This document shows, in pieces, positions 1 to 9,864 of a DNA stretch of 64,000 nt (positions within the stretch are counted from its first letter, which is position 1; each line of letters begins with the position of its first letter). The position numbers were made by a program, and so were the translations under genes. Source of the DNA: a virus; the IMG/VR virus record IMGVR_UViG_3300037189_013517, positions 2,391-66,390 of that record. One strand, written 5' to 3'. Below the pieces are notes generated by a model, which saw only the letters and a list, made by a program, of their open reading frames with translations, ran no database searches and had not been told where the DNA came from.

Positions 1-2
1 AA

Positions 3-254
3 GTTGCACAGGCTAAATATAGAAAAGAAAAAGGGTTACCTAATCCTAGTCAGTATAAAACAATGGCAGCACAGAAACAAAAAGAAATTGATGACATGAA
101 AAGTGAAGCTGCAAAACCTGGATTATACGCAAATATTCATGCTAAAAGAAAACGAATTGCTCAAGGTTCAGGTGAGCGTATGAGAAAACCTGGTACGAAA
201 GGTTCTCCTACTGCACAGTCATTTAAAGATGCAGCAAAGACAGCTAAAAAATAA
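3..254 (+). CDS. C-terminal part of a basic phage protein (head-assembly region), probably truncated by the window edge
   Basis: Frame is open from base 3 to the TAA at 252-254; contains the KPGLYANIHAKRKRI...GERMRKPG motif common in phage proteins. Confidence 0.55.
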   Translation, partial: VAQAKYRKEKGLPNPSQYKTMAAQKQKEIDDMKSEAAKPGLYANIHAKRKRIAQGSGERMRKPGTKGSPTAQSFKDAAKTAKK

Positions 255-263
255 GAGGATTAA

Positions 264-653
264 ATGCCAGTTATAAAAACAATACTTAAAAAAGTTAGAC
301 AACAAGCATCTGTAAAGCTTATTGGTGATGGGCAAGCGAATATTACCTCTTTCGATTTGAAGTTGTCAGACGACACATTGGATCAAGCTAACGTTCGAAT
401 GAACATTACCGGCATGATGTGGACTACACCTGGTCCTAATCCTATTGTTGTATCTAGAGACGGCACAGTTGTAATGTATTTAAACGGTAATGATAACTGG
501 TCTATGACTCAGATGTTTGGTATTAGTGATACTGCAAACAATAATGCAAATATTGCTGTAGCTATGCCGGCAAACTCACTGATATATTTAACTATATCTA
601 AACCTGCAGGATTTATTGAACCGAATCAGCAAAATAATTATACTAACGAATAA
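264..653 (+). CDS. hypothetical protein, prohead core region
   Basis: 129-aa ORF with SD GAGGA, directly upstream of the prohead protease. Confidence 0.6.
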   Translation: MPVIKTILKKVRQQASVKLIGDGQANITSFDLKLSDDTLDQANVRMNITGMMWTTPGPNPIVVSRDGTVVMYLNGNDNWSMTQMFGISDTANNNANIAVAMPANSLIYLTISKPAGFIEPNQQNNYTNE

Positions 654-669
654 GTATACAGGATTTAAA

Positions 670-1320
670 ATGAAACTAATTAAAGAAGTCGCACAAGAGG
701 TAAAATATCTTTCCGAAGATAAGCAAGGCGGAGGAAAGAATATTTACATCGAAGGTGTATTTGCTCAAGCTAATACTAAGAATAAAAATAATAGAAGCTA
801 TGGCAAATCTATTATGGAACGCGAAGTTCAAAAATATAGAGAATTAATTGAAGCCAAAAGATCTTTAGGTGAGTTAGGTCATCCGGACAATCCTTCAATT
901 AATTTACATCAAGTTTCGCATCTAATTATGAAATTAGAAATGTACGGAAATGATGTAATAGGTAAAGCAAAAATTTTAGAAACACCCATGGGCATTATTG
1001 CTAAGAACTTAATTGAAAATGAAGTTCAGTTAGGGGTTTCAACAAGAGGTCTAGGATCTCTAAAAATGAATTCGGAAGGCGTAAATGAAGTGCAGGATGA
1101 CTTCCATTTAGCCACCGTAGATATTGTTGCTGATCCATCCGCCCCTGATGCCTTTGTACAAGGTATTATGGAATCCGCAGATTGGATTCTAGATAATGGC
1201 ATTTGGAAAGCAGTGCACGTTGAAAATGCACAAAAACAAATCAGAAGGGCTTCTGGTAAAAATCTAGAAGAAACCAAGTTAAAAATATTTGAACAATTTT
1301 TATCACACTTGTCTAGATAA
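670..1320 (+). CDS. gp21: prohead core protease (T4 gp21-like)
   Basis: MKLIKE start; IEGVFAQA, LGELGHP, GVSTRGLGS and DIVADPSAPDAFV motifs. Confidence 0.95.
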   Translation: MKLIKEVAQEVKYLSEDKQGGGKNIYIEGVFAQANTKNKNNRSYGKSIMEREVQKYRELIEAKRSLGELGHPDNPSINLHQVSHLIMKLEMYGNDVIGKAKILETPMGIIAKNLIENEVQLGVSTRGLGSLKMNSEGVNEVQDDFHLATVDIVADPSAPDAFVQGIMESADWILDNGIWKAVHVENAQKQIRRASGKNLEETKLKIFEQFLSHLSR

Positions 1321-1327
1321 CTAGAAT

Positions 1328-1335
1328 TATAAATA
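1328..1335 (+). promoter_or_regulatory. T4-type late promoter (gp55 box)
   Basis: TATAAATA 36 nt upstream of gp22. Confidence 0.8.
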
Positions 1336-1370
1336 ATGATTGAGTATATTCATACAGTTAGGAGACTCTA

Positions 1371-2579
1371 ATGTCAGTAGAAAGCAAAATACAGGAATTG
1401 CTAGAACGTGTAAACGTTAAAGCTTCTCTAGATGAGGCTTCCGCAGCGCCAATGCAGGGTGATTCAAAATCATCCACACATGCTGGCCCAATGGGAGCAT
1501 CGACATCTAAAGATACCACTCTAAGAGCTAAAAACAGTGGTGATTCCTCTTCGCCTAAACAAGGTGATTCTGAAGACGCATCTTACGAATCTAGAGGTGA
1601 AATGGACGCTAACCAAGGCGCAATTACAGCTAAGGGCATTAGTAAAAATTCCCTAACTGCTAAAGGCCCAGGCGAGGCTCCTTATTTCACCACAGTCAAA
1701 GATATGTCCTCAATTCCCCAAAATACAGGTATCCATGAGGAAGACGAAACTGCCGAGGACGAAGAAGTAGTATCCGAGGAAGAATACGAATACGAAGACG
1801 AAGATAACACAGTAACCGAAGAAGAAGTTGTCGCTGAACAAGAAAAACTTGATATCGACATTTCAACAATCTTTGGTGACGACTTATCGGAAGAATTCAA
1901 AAATAAAGCCTCATCCATTTTTGAAGCAGCAGTCATTGCTAAAGTCAATGACGAAATGGAAAGAGTTACTGAGGCTTTAGAAGAAAGATATGCAGCAGAG
2001 TTTGAAGATTATAAAGAAGGCATTGTCGAAAGAGTAGATGCTTATTTAAACTATGTAGTTGAGAACTACATGGAAGAAAACAAACTTGCAGTAGAGAATG
2101 GTCTACGTACAGAAATCGCTGAAGATTTTATGACAGGACTTAAGGCGCTCTTCAAGGAGCATTATATTGAAGTGCCTGAAGAAAAATATGATGTTATAGG
2201 TGAATTGCAAGATAAGGTATCAGAGTTAGAAGAAAGTTTGAATCAACAATTTGAAAACAATGTTGATTTAAATTCAGAAGTTGCTGTTCTAAAGAAATCG
2301 TTAATCATCAAAGAAATGAGCGACGATTTAGCGGACACAGAAGTTAATAAATTAACAAAACTTCTAGAAGGTGTCGAGTTTGAAAACGAAGAAATCTATA
2401 TGGAGAAGGTCGCCGTTATTAAGGAAAATTATTTCCCAAATAATGCTAATAAAGAATCAGTAACTATTAGCCAGACTCAACCTCTTATGGAAGACACTAG
2501 TATTCAAGAACACTTCGATTCTAACGATGTAGTATCTTCGTATGCTAAAGCCTTAACAAGAACAATCAAAAGAGTATAA
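1371..2579 (+). CDS. gp22: prohead core scaffolding protein (gp22-like)
   Basis: Acidic coiled-coil; LSEEFKNKASSIFEAAV and YLNYVVE..EENKLAVE.GLRTE motifs; lies between gp21 and gp23. Confidence 0.92.
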   Translation: MSVESKIQELLERVNVKASLDEASAAPMQGDSKSSTHAGPMGASTSKDTTLRAKNSGDSSSPKQGDSEDASYESRGEMDANQGAITAKGISKNSLTAKGPGEAPYFTTVKDMSSIPQNTGIHEEDETAEDEEVVSEEEYEYEDEDNTVTEEEVVAEQEKLDIDISTIFGDDLSEEFKNKASSIFEAAVIAKVNDEMERVTEALEERYAAEFEDYKEGIVERVDAYLNYVVENYMEENKLAVENGLRTEIAEDFMTGLKALFKEHYIEVPEEKYDVIGELQDKVSELEESLNQQFENNVDLNSEVAVLKKSLIIKEMSDDLADTEVNKLTKLLEGVEFENEEIYMEKVAVIKENYFPNNANKESVTISQTQPLMEDTSIQEHFDSNDVVSSYAKALTRTIKRV

Positions 2580-2615
2580 CTTATAAACTATAAGTTGTAA
2601 ATAAAGGAGAATTAA

Positions 2616-3899
2616 ATGTTTTTATCCGAGAATTATCAAAAGAAATGGGGTGCGATTCTTGATCATCCAGAACTCCCACAGATCAAAGATTCGTACAAGC
2701 GTGCCGTTACTGCAGTATTGTTAGAAAACCAGGAGAAGTCTTTACGTGAAGAGCGTCAAGCATTGTTTGAAACTCCTGCAAATAACATTAGTGCAACTGA
2801 TGGTATCCAAAAGTATGACCCAATTTTAATTGGTCTCGTACGTCGTGCAATGCCTAACCTAATGGCTTATGACATTTGCGGCGTTCAGCCAATGACAGGT
2901 CCTACAGGACTAATCTTCGCAATGCGTTCAATGTACGGTTCGGAGCGTAACAACACTTCGACACGTAAAGAGGCATTGTTCAACGAAGCCAACACTGGAT
3001 TTTCAGGTGGTTTCACTGACGGTACAGGCAATAATCCAGTATTTGGTACTTATAATACTGGTAACGCTATTCCAACAGCTTCGATGGAAGCTAAGGAAAA
3101 CTATGCAGAAATGTCTTTCTCGATCGATAAGACAACCGTTACTGCAAAGTCACGTGCGTTAAAAGCTGAGTACACAGTTGAATTGGCACAAGACTTAAAA
3201 GCAATTCATGGTCTTGATGCTGAGGCAGAATTGTCTAACATCTTATCGCAAGAGTTCATGTTTGAGATCAACCGTGAAATCGTCCGTACATTGTACAAAG
3301 TTGCAAAAGCAGGTTCTCCTGCAACAGCAACAGCAGGCGTATTTGACTTAGACGTTGATTCGAACGGTCGTTGGTCTGTAGAGCGTTTCAAGGGTCTATT
3401 GTTCAATATTGAACGTGACGCTAATCACATTGCTCAAGACACTCGTAGAGGAAAAGGTAACTTCATCGTTTGTTCAGCAGACGTTGCAAGTGCTTTAGCT
3501 ATGTCAGGTGTTTTAGATTATACACCTGCTCTATCGACAAACTTAAATGTTGATGACACAGGCAATACTTTTGCAGGCGTGTTGAATGGTAGATATCGTG
3601 TTTATATCGATCCATATTCAGCTAACCTCGGCGCATCTAACCAGTTCTACATGGTCGGCTACAAAGGCACAAGCCCATACGATGCAGGTATGTTCTATTG
3701 CCCATACGTTCCATTACAAATGGTTCGTGCAATCGATCCTAACAGCTTCCAGCCAAAGATCGGCTTCAAGACACGTTATGGTTTAATTGCTAACCCATAT
3801 GTAACATCAAGTGATTCTGTATCGGATTCAGATGCAGACGCATTTACAGCAGGACGTAACCAGTACTATCGTAAGACTAGAGTTATCAACCTAATGTAA
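2616..3899 (+). CDS. gp23: major capsid protein
   Basis: LVRRAMPNL.AYDICGVQPMTGPTGLIFAMR, SRALKAEYT.ELAQDLKAIHGLDAE, FQPKIGFKTRYG. Confidence 0.98.
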   Translation: MFLSENYQKKWGAILDHPELPQIKDSYKRAVTAVLLENQEKSLREERQALFETPANNISATDGIQKYDPILIGLVRRAMPNLMAYDICGVQPMTGPTGLIFAMRSMYGSERNNTSTRKEALFNEANTGFSGGFTDGTGNNPVFGTYNTGNAIPTASMEAKENYAEMSFSIDKTTVTAKSRALKAEYTVELAQDLKAIHGLDAEAELSNILSQEFMFEINREIVRTLYKVAKAGSPATATAGVFDLDVDSNGRWSVERFKGLLFNIERDANHIAQDTRRGKGNFIVCSADVASALAMSGVLDYTPALSTNLNVDDTGNTFAGVLNGRYRVYIDPYSANLGASNQFYMVGYKGTSPYDAGMFYCPYVPLQMVRAIDPNSFQPKIGFKTRYGLIANPYVTSSDSVSDSDADAFTAGRNQYYRKTRVINLM

Positions 3900-3924
3900 T
3901 ACAACCGACGCTAAGATCGGACTT

Positions 3925-3951
3925 AAAGGGGGAAGAAATTCCCCCTTTTTT
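3925..3951 (+). terminator. rho-independent terminator after gp23
   Basis: AAAGGGGGAA-GAAA-TTCCCCCTTT stem followed by a T run. Confidence 0.85.
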
Positions 3952-3966
3952 AATCTTTGTATGCCT

Positions 3967-3974
3967 TATAAATA
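3967..3974 (+). promoter_or_regulatory. T4-type late promoter
   Basis: TATAAATA upstream of the gp3-like gene. Confidence 0.8.
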
Positions 3975-3994
3975 TAAGATAGTAAAGGAGTTTT

Positions 3995-4582
3995 ATGGCA
4001 TATACCGCAAATATAAATGTAATTAAAGATACGTTGACTACGTCAACTGCTGTAACTTATGATTATCTAAGACCTAATGCGTTTAGGTTTAGTATTAAAG
4101 ACTTACCAAAAACTTCTTTTACTTGCCAATCTGCAAATATTCCCGATTTACAATTGGGCTATGCGGTTCAACCTACTCCTTTTGTTGATATTCCCACAAT
4201 TGGGGATAAAATAAATTTTGGAGATTTTACTATTAGATTTATTGTATCTGAGGATATGACCAATTATTTGGAATTGTATCGTTGGTTAATTGCATTAGGA
4301 TTTCCTAAAGATTATAATCAATTTAAAAATTTTGCGAGTGTAAGACCAAGTTCTTTTCCGTTTGTTACGAAAACAGATGGTACTTCTGAAGTTTTGGCAT
4401 ACTCGGATGGCACTTTAACTATTCTCGACTCGACAAACAACGCAAAAGTAAATATAATATTTAAAAATCTGTTCCCTATATCATTGCAAGCTCTGGACTT
4501 TGACATAGCATCACAAACCGTAGAATATTTTACAGCAATTGCAACCTTTAAATATACTATATTCGAAGTAGAACCATTATAA
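3995..4582 (+). CDS. gp3: tail completion / tail tube terminator protein (gp3-like)
   Basis: YLRPNAFRF..KDLPK.SF.CQ.ANIP and LFPISL..LDF pattern; gp23-gp3-uvsY-uvsW synteny. Confidence 0.85.
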   Translation: MAYTANINVIKDTLTTSTAVTYDYLRPNAFRFSIKDLPKTSFTCQSANIPDLQLGYAVQPTPFVDIPTIGDKINFGDFTIRFIVSEDMTNYLELYRWLIALGFPKDYNQFKNFASVRPSSFPFVTKTDGTSEVLAYSDGTLTILDSTNNAKVNIIFKNLFPISLQALDFDIASQTVEYFTAIATFKYTIFEVEPL

Positions 4583-4600
4583 TTATAACTTGGAGTTATT

Positions 4601-5500
4601 ATGAATACAAAAGTAAAAACAAAAGTAAAACCGATGCCTCTGCCTTCTATTCCGCAATTGCCGAAGGCAGGCGGGGCAAATCAACCAACACCTAATGTTG
4701 GCGAAAGAAAAATGGAAGTTAAAATTGACGATCTTCGTAAGGAAAGAATCTTTATTGCTACTCCTTGTTATGGTGGACAATTAACTGAGGCATATTTTAG
4801 ATCAGTAATTCGTTTATTAACATTCTGTAACCAGCATCAAATTCCAATCGCATTTGGAACAATTGCAAATGAATCTTTAGTAACACGAGCACGTAACGTT
4901 CTTGTTGCATATTTTCTGCAAAGCGACTTTACCCGTTTAATGTTTATTGATGCAGACATCGAATTCCAAGTTGAAGATGTAATTAAATTAATTGCACACA
5001 ATAAAGATGTAGCAGTCGGCGCCTATCCTAAGAAAGGTGTTAATTGGCAGCGCATTCGTGATAGCGTTAAGCAAACGGATCAACCTTATGATGATAGAGC
5101 AATCGCATCGTTTGGTAGTGATTATGCTATCAACTTTAAATTTATTAATCGCGAGGCTAAGCAGATTGCAATTGAAGATGGTCTAATTCGTTTGCATGAT
5201 GGTGCAACAGGCTTTATGATGATTAAACGTGAAGTAATTAATAAAATGATTGAGGCATATCCTGATCTAAAATATAACAATGATCTAAATACTCCACCTG
5301 AATTGAATCCGCATTTCTATGCATTCTTTGACACAATGATTGATCCTAAGGATAAGCGTTACTTATCTGAAGATTATACCTTTAGTCGCAGATGGCAAGA
5401 CATCGGTGGTGAGATTTGGCTTGATCCTTCGATCTCCTTAAACCACTATGGTTCGTTTAATTTCCAAGGTAATCCTGCGCAAATTATCCAAGTAGGTTAA
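4601..5500 (+). CDS. GT-A fold (GT2-like) glycosyltransferase-domain protein
   Basis: IFIATPCYGG, SLVTRARN, LMFIDAD (DxD), YLSEDYTF motifs. Confidence 0.7.
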   Translation: MNTKVKTKVKPMPLPSIPQLPKAGGANQPTPNVGERKMEVKIDDLRKERIFIATPCYGGQLTEAYFRSVIRLLTFCNQHQIPIAFGTIANESLVTRARNVLVAYFLQSDFTRLMFIDADIEFQVEDVIKLIAHNKDVAVGAYPKKGVNWQRIRDSVKQTDQPYDDRAIASFGSDYAINFKFINREAKQIAIEDGLIRLHDGATGFMMIKREVINKMIEAYPDLKYNNDLNTPPELNPHFYAFFDTMIDPKDKRYLSEDYTFSRRWQDIGGEIWLDPSISLNHYGSFNFQGNPAQIIQVG

Positions 5501-5501
5501 T

Positions 5502-5942
5502 ATGAAACTTTCCGATCTTCAAGATTCTTGGTCAGAGGATTGTAAGATTAATGAAATGGAATTAGGCAAGGAGTCTGCAAGGACTCCTAATTTGCATGCC
5601 AAATATCTTAACTATCTATCCTCTACTAGAATCAATCTTCGTAAAGCAGAATCCGATTACTACAATATTAGACGTCTAAAGTATAGATACTATAGGGGTG
5701 AACTTACTCAAGCAGAACTTGAGGAAAACAACTGGGAACAGTATCAAGGAAATAAACCCCTCAAAAATGAAATGGATGAATTTTTAATTTGTGATGCAGA
5801 ATTGCTTAAATTGCAAGATAAGGTAGAATATTTTAAAACAGTATCGTATCAATTAGAACAAATTATTCGTTCTTTAAATAGCAGAACATGGGATATTAAA
5901 AACTGTATAGAATGGAATAAATTTACTAACGGTATGATGTAA
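5502..5942 (+). CDS. uvsY: recombination mediator UvsY
   Basis: LHAKYL, RYYRGE and RTWDIKNCIEW.KF motifs; upstream of uvsW. Confidence 0.9.
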   Translation: MKLSDLQDSWSEDCKINEMELGKESARTPNLHAKYLNYLSSTRINLRKAESDYYNIRRLKYRYYRGELTQAELEENNWEQYQGNKPLKNEMDEFLICDAELLKLQDKVEYFKTVSYQLEQIIRSLNSRTWDIKNCIEWNKFTNGMM

Positions 5943-7426
5943 TGGCTGCAGACATAACACTAATTAAAAAGGATGAAGTTCACTTAAAAGTAATATGTGA
6001 ACCTTCGATTGCCCAAGAACTAAGCGACCATTTTTGCTTTGAAGTTCCTGGAGCAAAGTTTCATCCTTTGTATAGATCACGTATGTGGGATGGTAAGGTT
6101 AGATTGTTTTCCATGTTTACTAAAGAAATATACATGGGACTCAAAGAATACGTTGAGGCGTTTGCGAAGGAGCGAGATTACTCAGTAAAAGATGCTGCAA
6201 CACCTGTTTTTAAAGACCCAGTAACATATGAACAAGTGGAGGAGTTCTGCAAAGGATTAAAACTGCATTCAAAAGGCACTCCTATTGAGATACGAGATTA
6301 TCAATTAGAAGCAGTATATAGAGCAATTTTGGATGGTAGAAAATTACTACTCTCACCTACCGGTTCAGGTAAATCACTTATCATATATTGTTTATTACGT
6401 TGGCATGCTAAATTTAGTAGACGACAACTAATATTAGTTCCTACTACTTCACTTGTAGAACAAATGTATTCTGATTTTCAAGATTATTCTTCAGAGAATA
6501 ATTGGAAAACTTCGGAGCATTGCCATCGAATATATGGTGGTCATGAAAAATCAAATGAATATGATGTGATAATTAGTACATGGCAATCTCTTTATAAATT
6601 ACCAAAAACATTCTTTACAGATTTTCAAGTAATATATGGAGACGAAGCGCATCTATTTAAGGCAAAATCTCTAACAACTATTCTAAATAAATGTGATAAG
6701 TCTCCTTTTAGAATTGGTACCACAGGAACACTGGATGGTCTTAAAACACATAGATTAGTTCTTGAAGGTATATTTGGTCCTGTACTAAAAGTAACAACTA
6801 CGAAAAAATTAATAACCGATAAGACATTAGCAGATCTAAAAATATTTACCATTATTTTGGAATATGCTGACGAGATAAGAAAATCAGTTAAGGGAAATTC
6901 ATATCAAGAAGAAATGGATTTTTTAGTTCAACATGAACCTCGTAACAATTTCATTCGTAATTTAGCTTTGAAACAAACAACCAATACTTTAGTTCTTTTT
7001 CAATATGTAGAAAAACATGGTAAAATACTTTATGACATGATTCAAAAGAAAGAACCAAATCGAAAAGTCTTTTTTGTGTATGGGGGTACTGATACAGAAC
7101 AAAGAGAGGAAATTCGACGCTTGACAGAACAGCAAAAGGATGCTATAATAGTGGCTTCGTATGGCACTTTTTCAACAGGAATAAATATTAAAAACCTACA
7201 TAATATTATTTTCGCATCTCCTTCGAAATCTCGCATACGGAATTTGCAATCAATTGGTAGGGGTCTTAGAACGAATGAAGATAAAGAAATCTGTACTTTA
7301 TACGATATCGGTGACGATCTTTCTTGGAAAACTAAAAAGAATTATACATTATTACATATGATAGAACGAATAAAAATTTATAATGATGAACATTTTAACT
7401 ATAAACTAGTAAAGGTATCATTATAA
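5942..7426 (+). CDS. uvsW: DNA/RNA helicase UvsW (SF2)
   Basis: PTGSGKS, DEAH, TGT and QSIGRGLR helicase motifs. Confidence 0.95.
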   Translation: MAADITLIKKDEVHLKVICEPSIAQELSDHFCFEVPGAKFHPLYRSRMWDGKVRLFSMFTKEIYMGLKEYVEAFAKERDYSVKDAATPVFKDPVTYEQVEEFCKGLKLHSKGTPIEIRDYQLEAVYRAILDGRKLLLSPTGSGKSLIIYCLLRWHAKFSRRQLILVPTTSLVEQMYSDFQDYSSENNWKTSEHCHRIYGGHEKSNEYDVIISTWQSLYKLPKTFFTDFQVIYGDEAHLFKAKSLTTILNKCDKSPFRIGTTGTLDGLKTHRLVLEGIFGPVLKVTTTKKLITDKTLADLKIFTIILEYADEIRKSVKGNSYQEEMDFLVQHEPRNNFIRNLALKQTTNTLVLFQYVEKHGKILYDMIQKKEPNRKVFFVYGGTDTEQREEIRRLTEQQKDAIIVASYGTFSTGINIKNLHNIIFASPSKSRIRNLQSIGRGLRTNEDKEICTLYDIGDDLSWKTKKNYTLLHMIERIKIYNDEHFNYKLVKVSL

Positions 7427-7923
7427 TGGAAAACACTATATACTATAAGTTATTAAAATTGTCTTCGGGAGAAAATGTTATCTGCAGTACAGAAGATAAT
7501 TGTGAAAATTTTGTAGATAGGGGTATGTTAAGCATAACAAATCCTGTTGTTTTAAATGTACTTAGAATGCCTAAAGGGAGAAACTTAGTTGAATCTTATG
7601 TACTTATACCTTGGTTCAGTTTTGCTAGCAACGATGTATATGAAATTTCTACAGATCAAGTTATCACCGCAATTGATATTAAAGAAACTTTAGTAAAAAA
7701 TTATCTTGATTATTTAGAGCAAAGAAGTAAAGAAGACGAGGAAGAAGAAAAAGCGGCGCAGGAGGAAGAACAAAAACTTTCGGAGTCCGACGCAGAAGGT
7801 ATACAAGAAATTATTGATAATATGATTGAGCACATAGGAGAACAATTTGAAGAAGAAGAATCCGACGGAAGAGACGATTCCCATTTTGGAAGAAGTCGAA
7901 GAGGTACTAGAACCATCCACTAA
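7426..7923 (+). CDS. conserved T4-like hypothetical protein (Sm-like N-terminus, acidic tail)
   Basis: LLKLSSGENVI...PW pattern; usual position between uvsW and gp55. Confidence 0.6.
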   Translation: MENTIYYKLLKLSSGENVICSTEDNCENFVDRGMLSITNPVVLNVLRMPKGRNLVESYVLIPWFSFASNDVYEISTDQVITAIDIKETLVKNYLDYLEQRSKEDEEEEKAAQEEEQKLSESDAEGIQEIIDNMIEHIGEQFEEEESDGRDDSHFGRSRRGTRTIH

Positions 7924-8479
7924 AAAATCTAAAATGGATGCTGCTCATTATGTTGATAATAAAAAATTCTTAGCAGCTCTAATAGATTATAGAAAAGACA
8001 TAGATATTTCAACTTCTGCAGGAGAGGAGATTCCTCGAGTGCCTGATTATATAGGTGAATGCTTTATTAAGATTGCCACACACTTATCGTATAAATCAAA
8101 TTTTATTAATTATACTTTTAGAGATGATATGATTTCTGACGGTATTGAGAACTGTTTAACCGCAGCTACAAAATTTGATCCTTCCAAATCATCTAATCCT
8201 TTTGCATATTATACGCAGATCATTTATTTTGCATTTATTCGTCGAATACAAAAAGAGAAAAAACATCAGGCTACTAAATACAAAATAATTGAGAATTTAG
8301 ATTTAGATTCCATTATTCAACAAAATGATGAAAGTGAATCAGGTAGGCAACTGATAGAATTCTTGAAGAAGCAATTGGATACGATAGATCCCGAAAAACG
8401 GGAAACGCCTGCTCAAACAAAAGCTCGGAAGAAAAAAGAATCAGAAACGGACATTCCTACTATAGACTTACTCGATTAA
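7847..8479 (+). CDS. gp55: late transcription sigma factor gp55
   Basis: HYVDNKKF, NFINYTFRDDMISDGIENC, NPFAYYTQIIYFAFIRRIQKEK; start uncertain (TTG with AGGAG). Confidence 0.93.
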   Translation: MKKKNPTEETIPILEEVEEVLEPSTKKSKMDAAHYVDNKKFLAALIDYRKDIDISTSAGEEIPRVPDYIGECFIKIATHLSYKSNFINYTFRDDMISDGIENCLTAATKFDPSKSSNPFAYYTQIIYFAFIRRIQKEKKHQATKYKIIENLDLDSIIQQNDESESGRQLIEFLKKQLDTIDPEKRETPAQTKARKKKESETDIPTIDLLD

Positions 8480-8491
8480 ACACTATATAAT
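8463..8491 (+). promoter_or_regulatory. sigma70-type early/middle promoter for the que cluster
   Basis: TAGACT-N17-TATAAT. Confidence 0.65.
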
Positions 8492-8516
8492 ATATCATAA
8501 CTTAAGTGAGGTAACT

Positions 8517-9380
8517 ATGAGTAAGATAAAGATAGCAGAATTGTTTTATTCGATTCAGGGAGAAGGACGCTATATGGGCGTACCTTCAGTATTCTTAAGA
8601 ACATTTGGTTGCAATTTTAAATGTGCAGGTTTCGGTATGCCTGCGGGGCAACTAAGTACCGAAGCAGATGAAGTAGCACATACACATAAAGAAATAGAAT
8701 CATTCTTTAAATACGAAGAACTTCCATTAGTTAAAACAGGATGCGATAGTTACGCTAGTTGGCATCCCGCATTTAAAGATCTAAGTCCAATGCTTACTAA
8801 TGATGCTATTGCGAATCGCATCATGGAAATACTTCCGCATAAAGAATGGAAAGAGGAACATCTTGTTATAACAGGCGGTGAACCTTTATTAGGCTGGCAA
8901 AAAGCATATCCTGATTTATTAGAACATTCGCTTATGCAAAGATTAGATGAATTAACTTTTGAGACAAATGGTACTCAAGAATTAACAGAAGATTTTAGAG
9001 ATTATCTTTTTGAAGAATGGACTCGTTTTGGTCGAGACTATGATAAATTAACTTTTTCAGTTTCGCCTAAACTATCAGTATCAGGTGAAACATGGAGCGA
9101 GGCAATTAAACCTGAGATTATTAAAAGTTATCAAGAATTAGGTTATACTTATTTAAAATTTGTTGTTGCAACAGAACAAGATGTTGAAGAAGCGAATGAA
9201 GCTGTGCATGAATACAGACATGCAGGTTTTGGTGGTCCTGTTTATCTTATGCCGGTTGGCGGGGTAGAATCAGTGTATCATTTAAATAATCGCAAGGTTG
9301 CAGAAATGGCAATGGCGAAAGGCTGGAGGTATTCTGATAGATTACAGGTACCTTTGTTTAAAAATGAATGGGGTACTTGA
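8517..9380 (+). CDS. queE: 7-carboxy-7-deazaguanine synthase (radical SAM)
   Basis: ELFYSIQGEG, FLRTFGCNFKC...CDS, ITGGEPL, ETNGT, SVSPK, RLQV. Confidence 0.92.
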   Translation: MSKIKIAELFYSIQGEGRYMGVPSVFLRTFGCNFKCAGFGMPAGQLSTEADEVAHTHKEIESFFKYEELPLVKTGCDSYASWHPAFKDLSPMLTNDAIANRIMEILPHKEWKEEHLVITGGEPLLGWQKAYPDLLEHSLMQRLDELTFETNGTQELTEDFRDYLFEEWTRFGRDYDKLTFSVSPKLSVSGETWSEAIKPEIIKSYQELGYTYLKFVVATEQDVEEANEAVHEYRHAGFGGPVYLMPVGGVESVYHLNNRKVAEMAMAKGWRYSDRLQVPLFKNEWGT

Positions 9381-9805
9381 TGCAGTATACGTTTAAAGAA
9401 TTTGATGAAGATATACATTATTTGGTTAAGCAAGTAGAACAATCTAATATTACATATGACTATATAATTGGTATCAAGCGAGGTGGTCTTATACCTGCAG
9501 TTTGTTTATCCCATGCTTTAAATATTCCATTACATGTTTTAGAATGGTCTAATCGAGATTCTATAAAATGGGATTTCGATAATCCTGCAATGAAAATAGG
9601 AAAACGAATTTTATTGATTGATGATATTTGCGATAGTGGCGAAACATTAATAAAGATTAAAGAACATTATAGCCATTGTATAATTGATACTGCGGTATTA
9701 TTGTTTAATGAAGATCAAATACATATACCAACATATTATGCGCAAGCATTTAGTAGAAAAGAACAACCTGAATTTTATGATTTCTGGTGGGAACTATATA
9801 AATAA
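9380..9805 (+). CDS. type I purine phosphoribosyltransferase (Gpt-like)
   Basis: IGIKRGGLIPA and the PRPP-binding loop LLIDDICDSGET. Confidence 0.85.
   Translation: MQYTFKEFDEDIHYLVKQVEQSNITYDYIIGIKRGGLIPAVCLSHALNIPLHVLEWSNRDSIKWDFDNPAMKIGKRILLIDDICDSGETLIKIKEHYSHCIIDTAVLLFNEDQIHIPTYYAQAFSRKEQPEFYDFWWELYK
9797..9804 (+). promoter_or_regulatory. T4-type late promoter upstream of folE
   Basis: TATAAATA overlapping the PRTase stop codon. Confidence 0.6.
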
Positions 9806-9864
9806 AAGTGCCACACAACGGTGGCAAATTCAAAACTCATATCCGCGTAAGGAAGGATTCAAAA

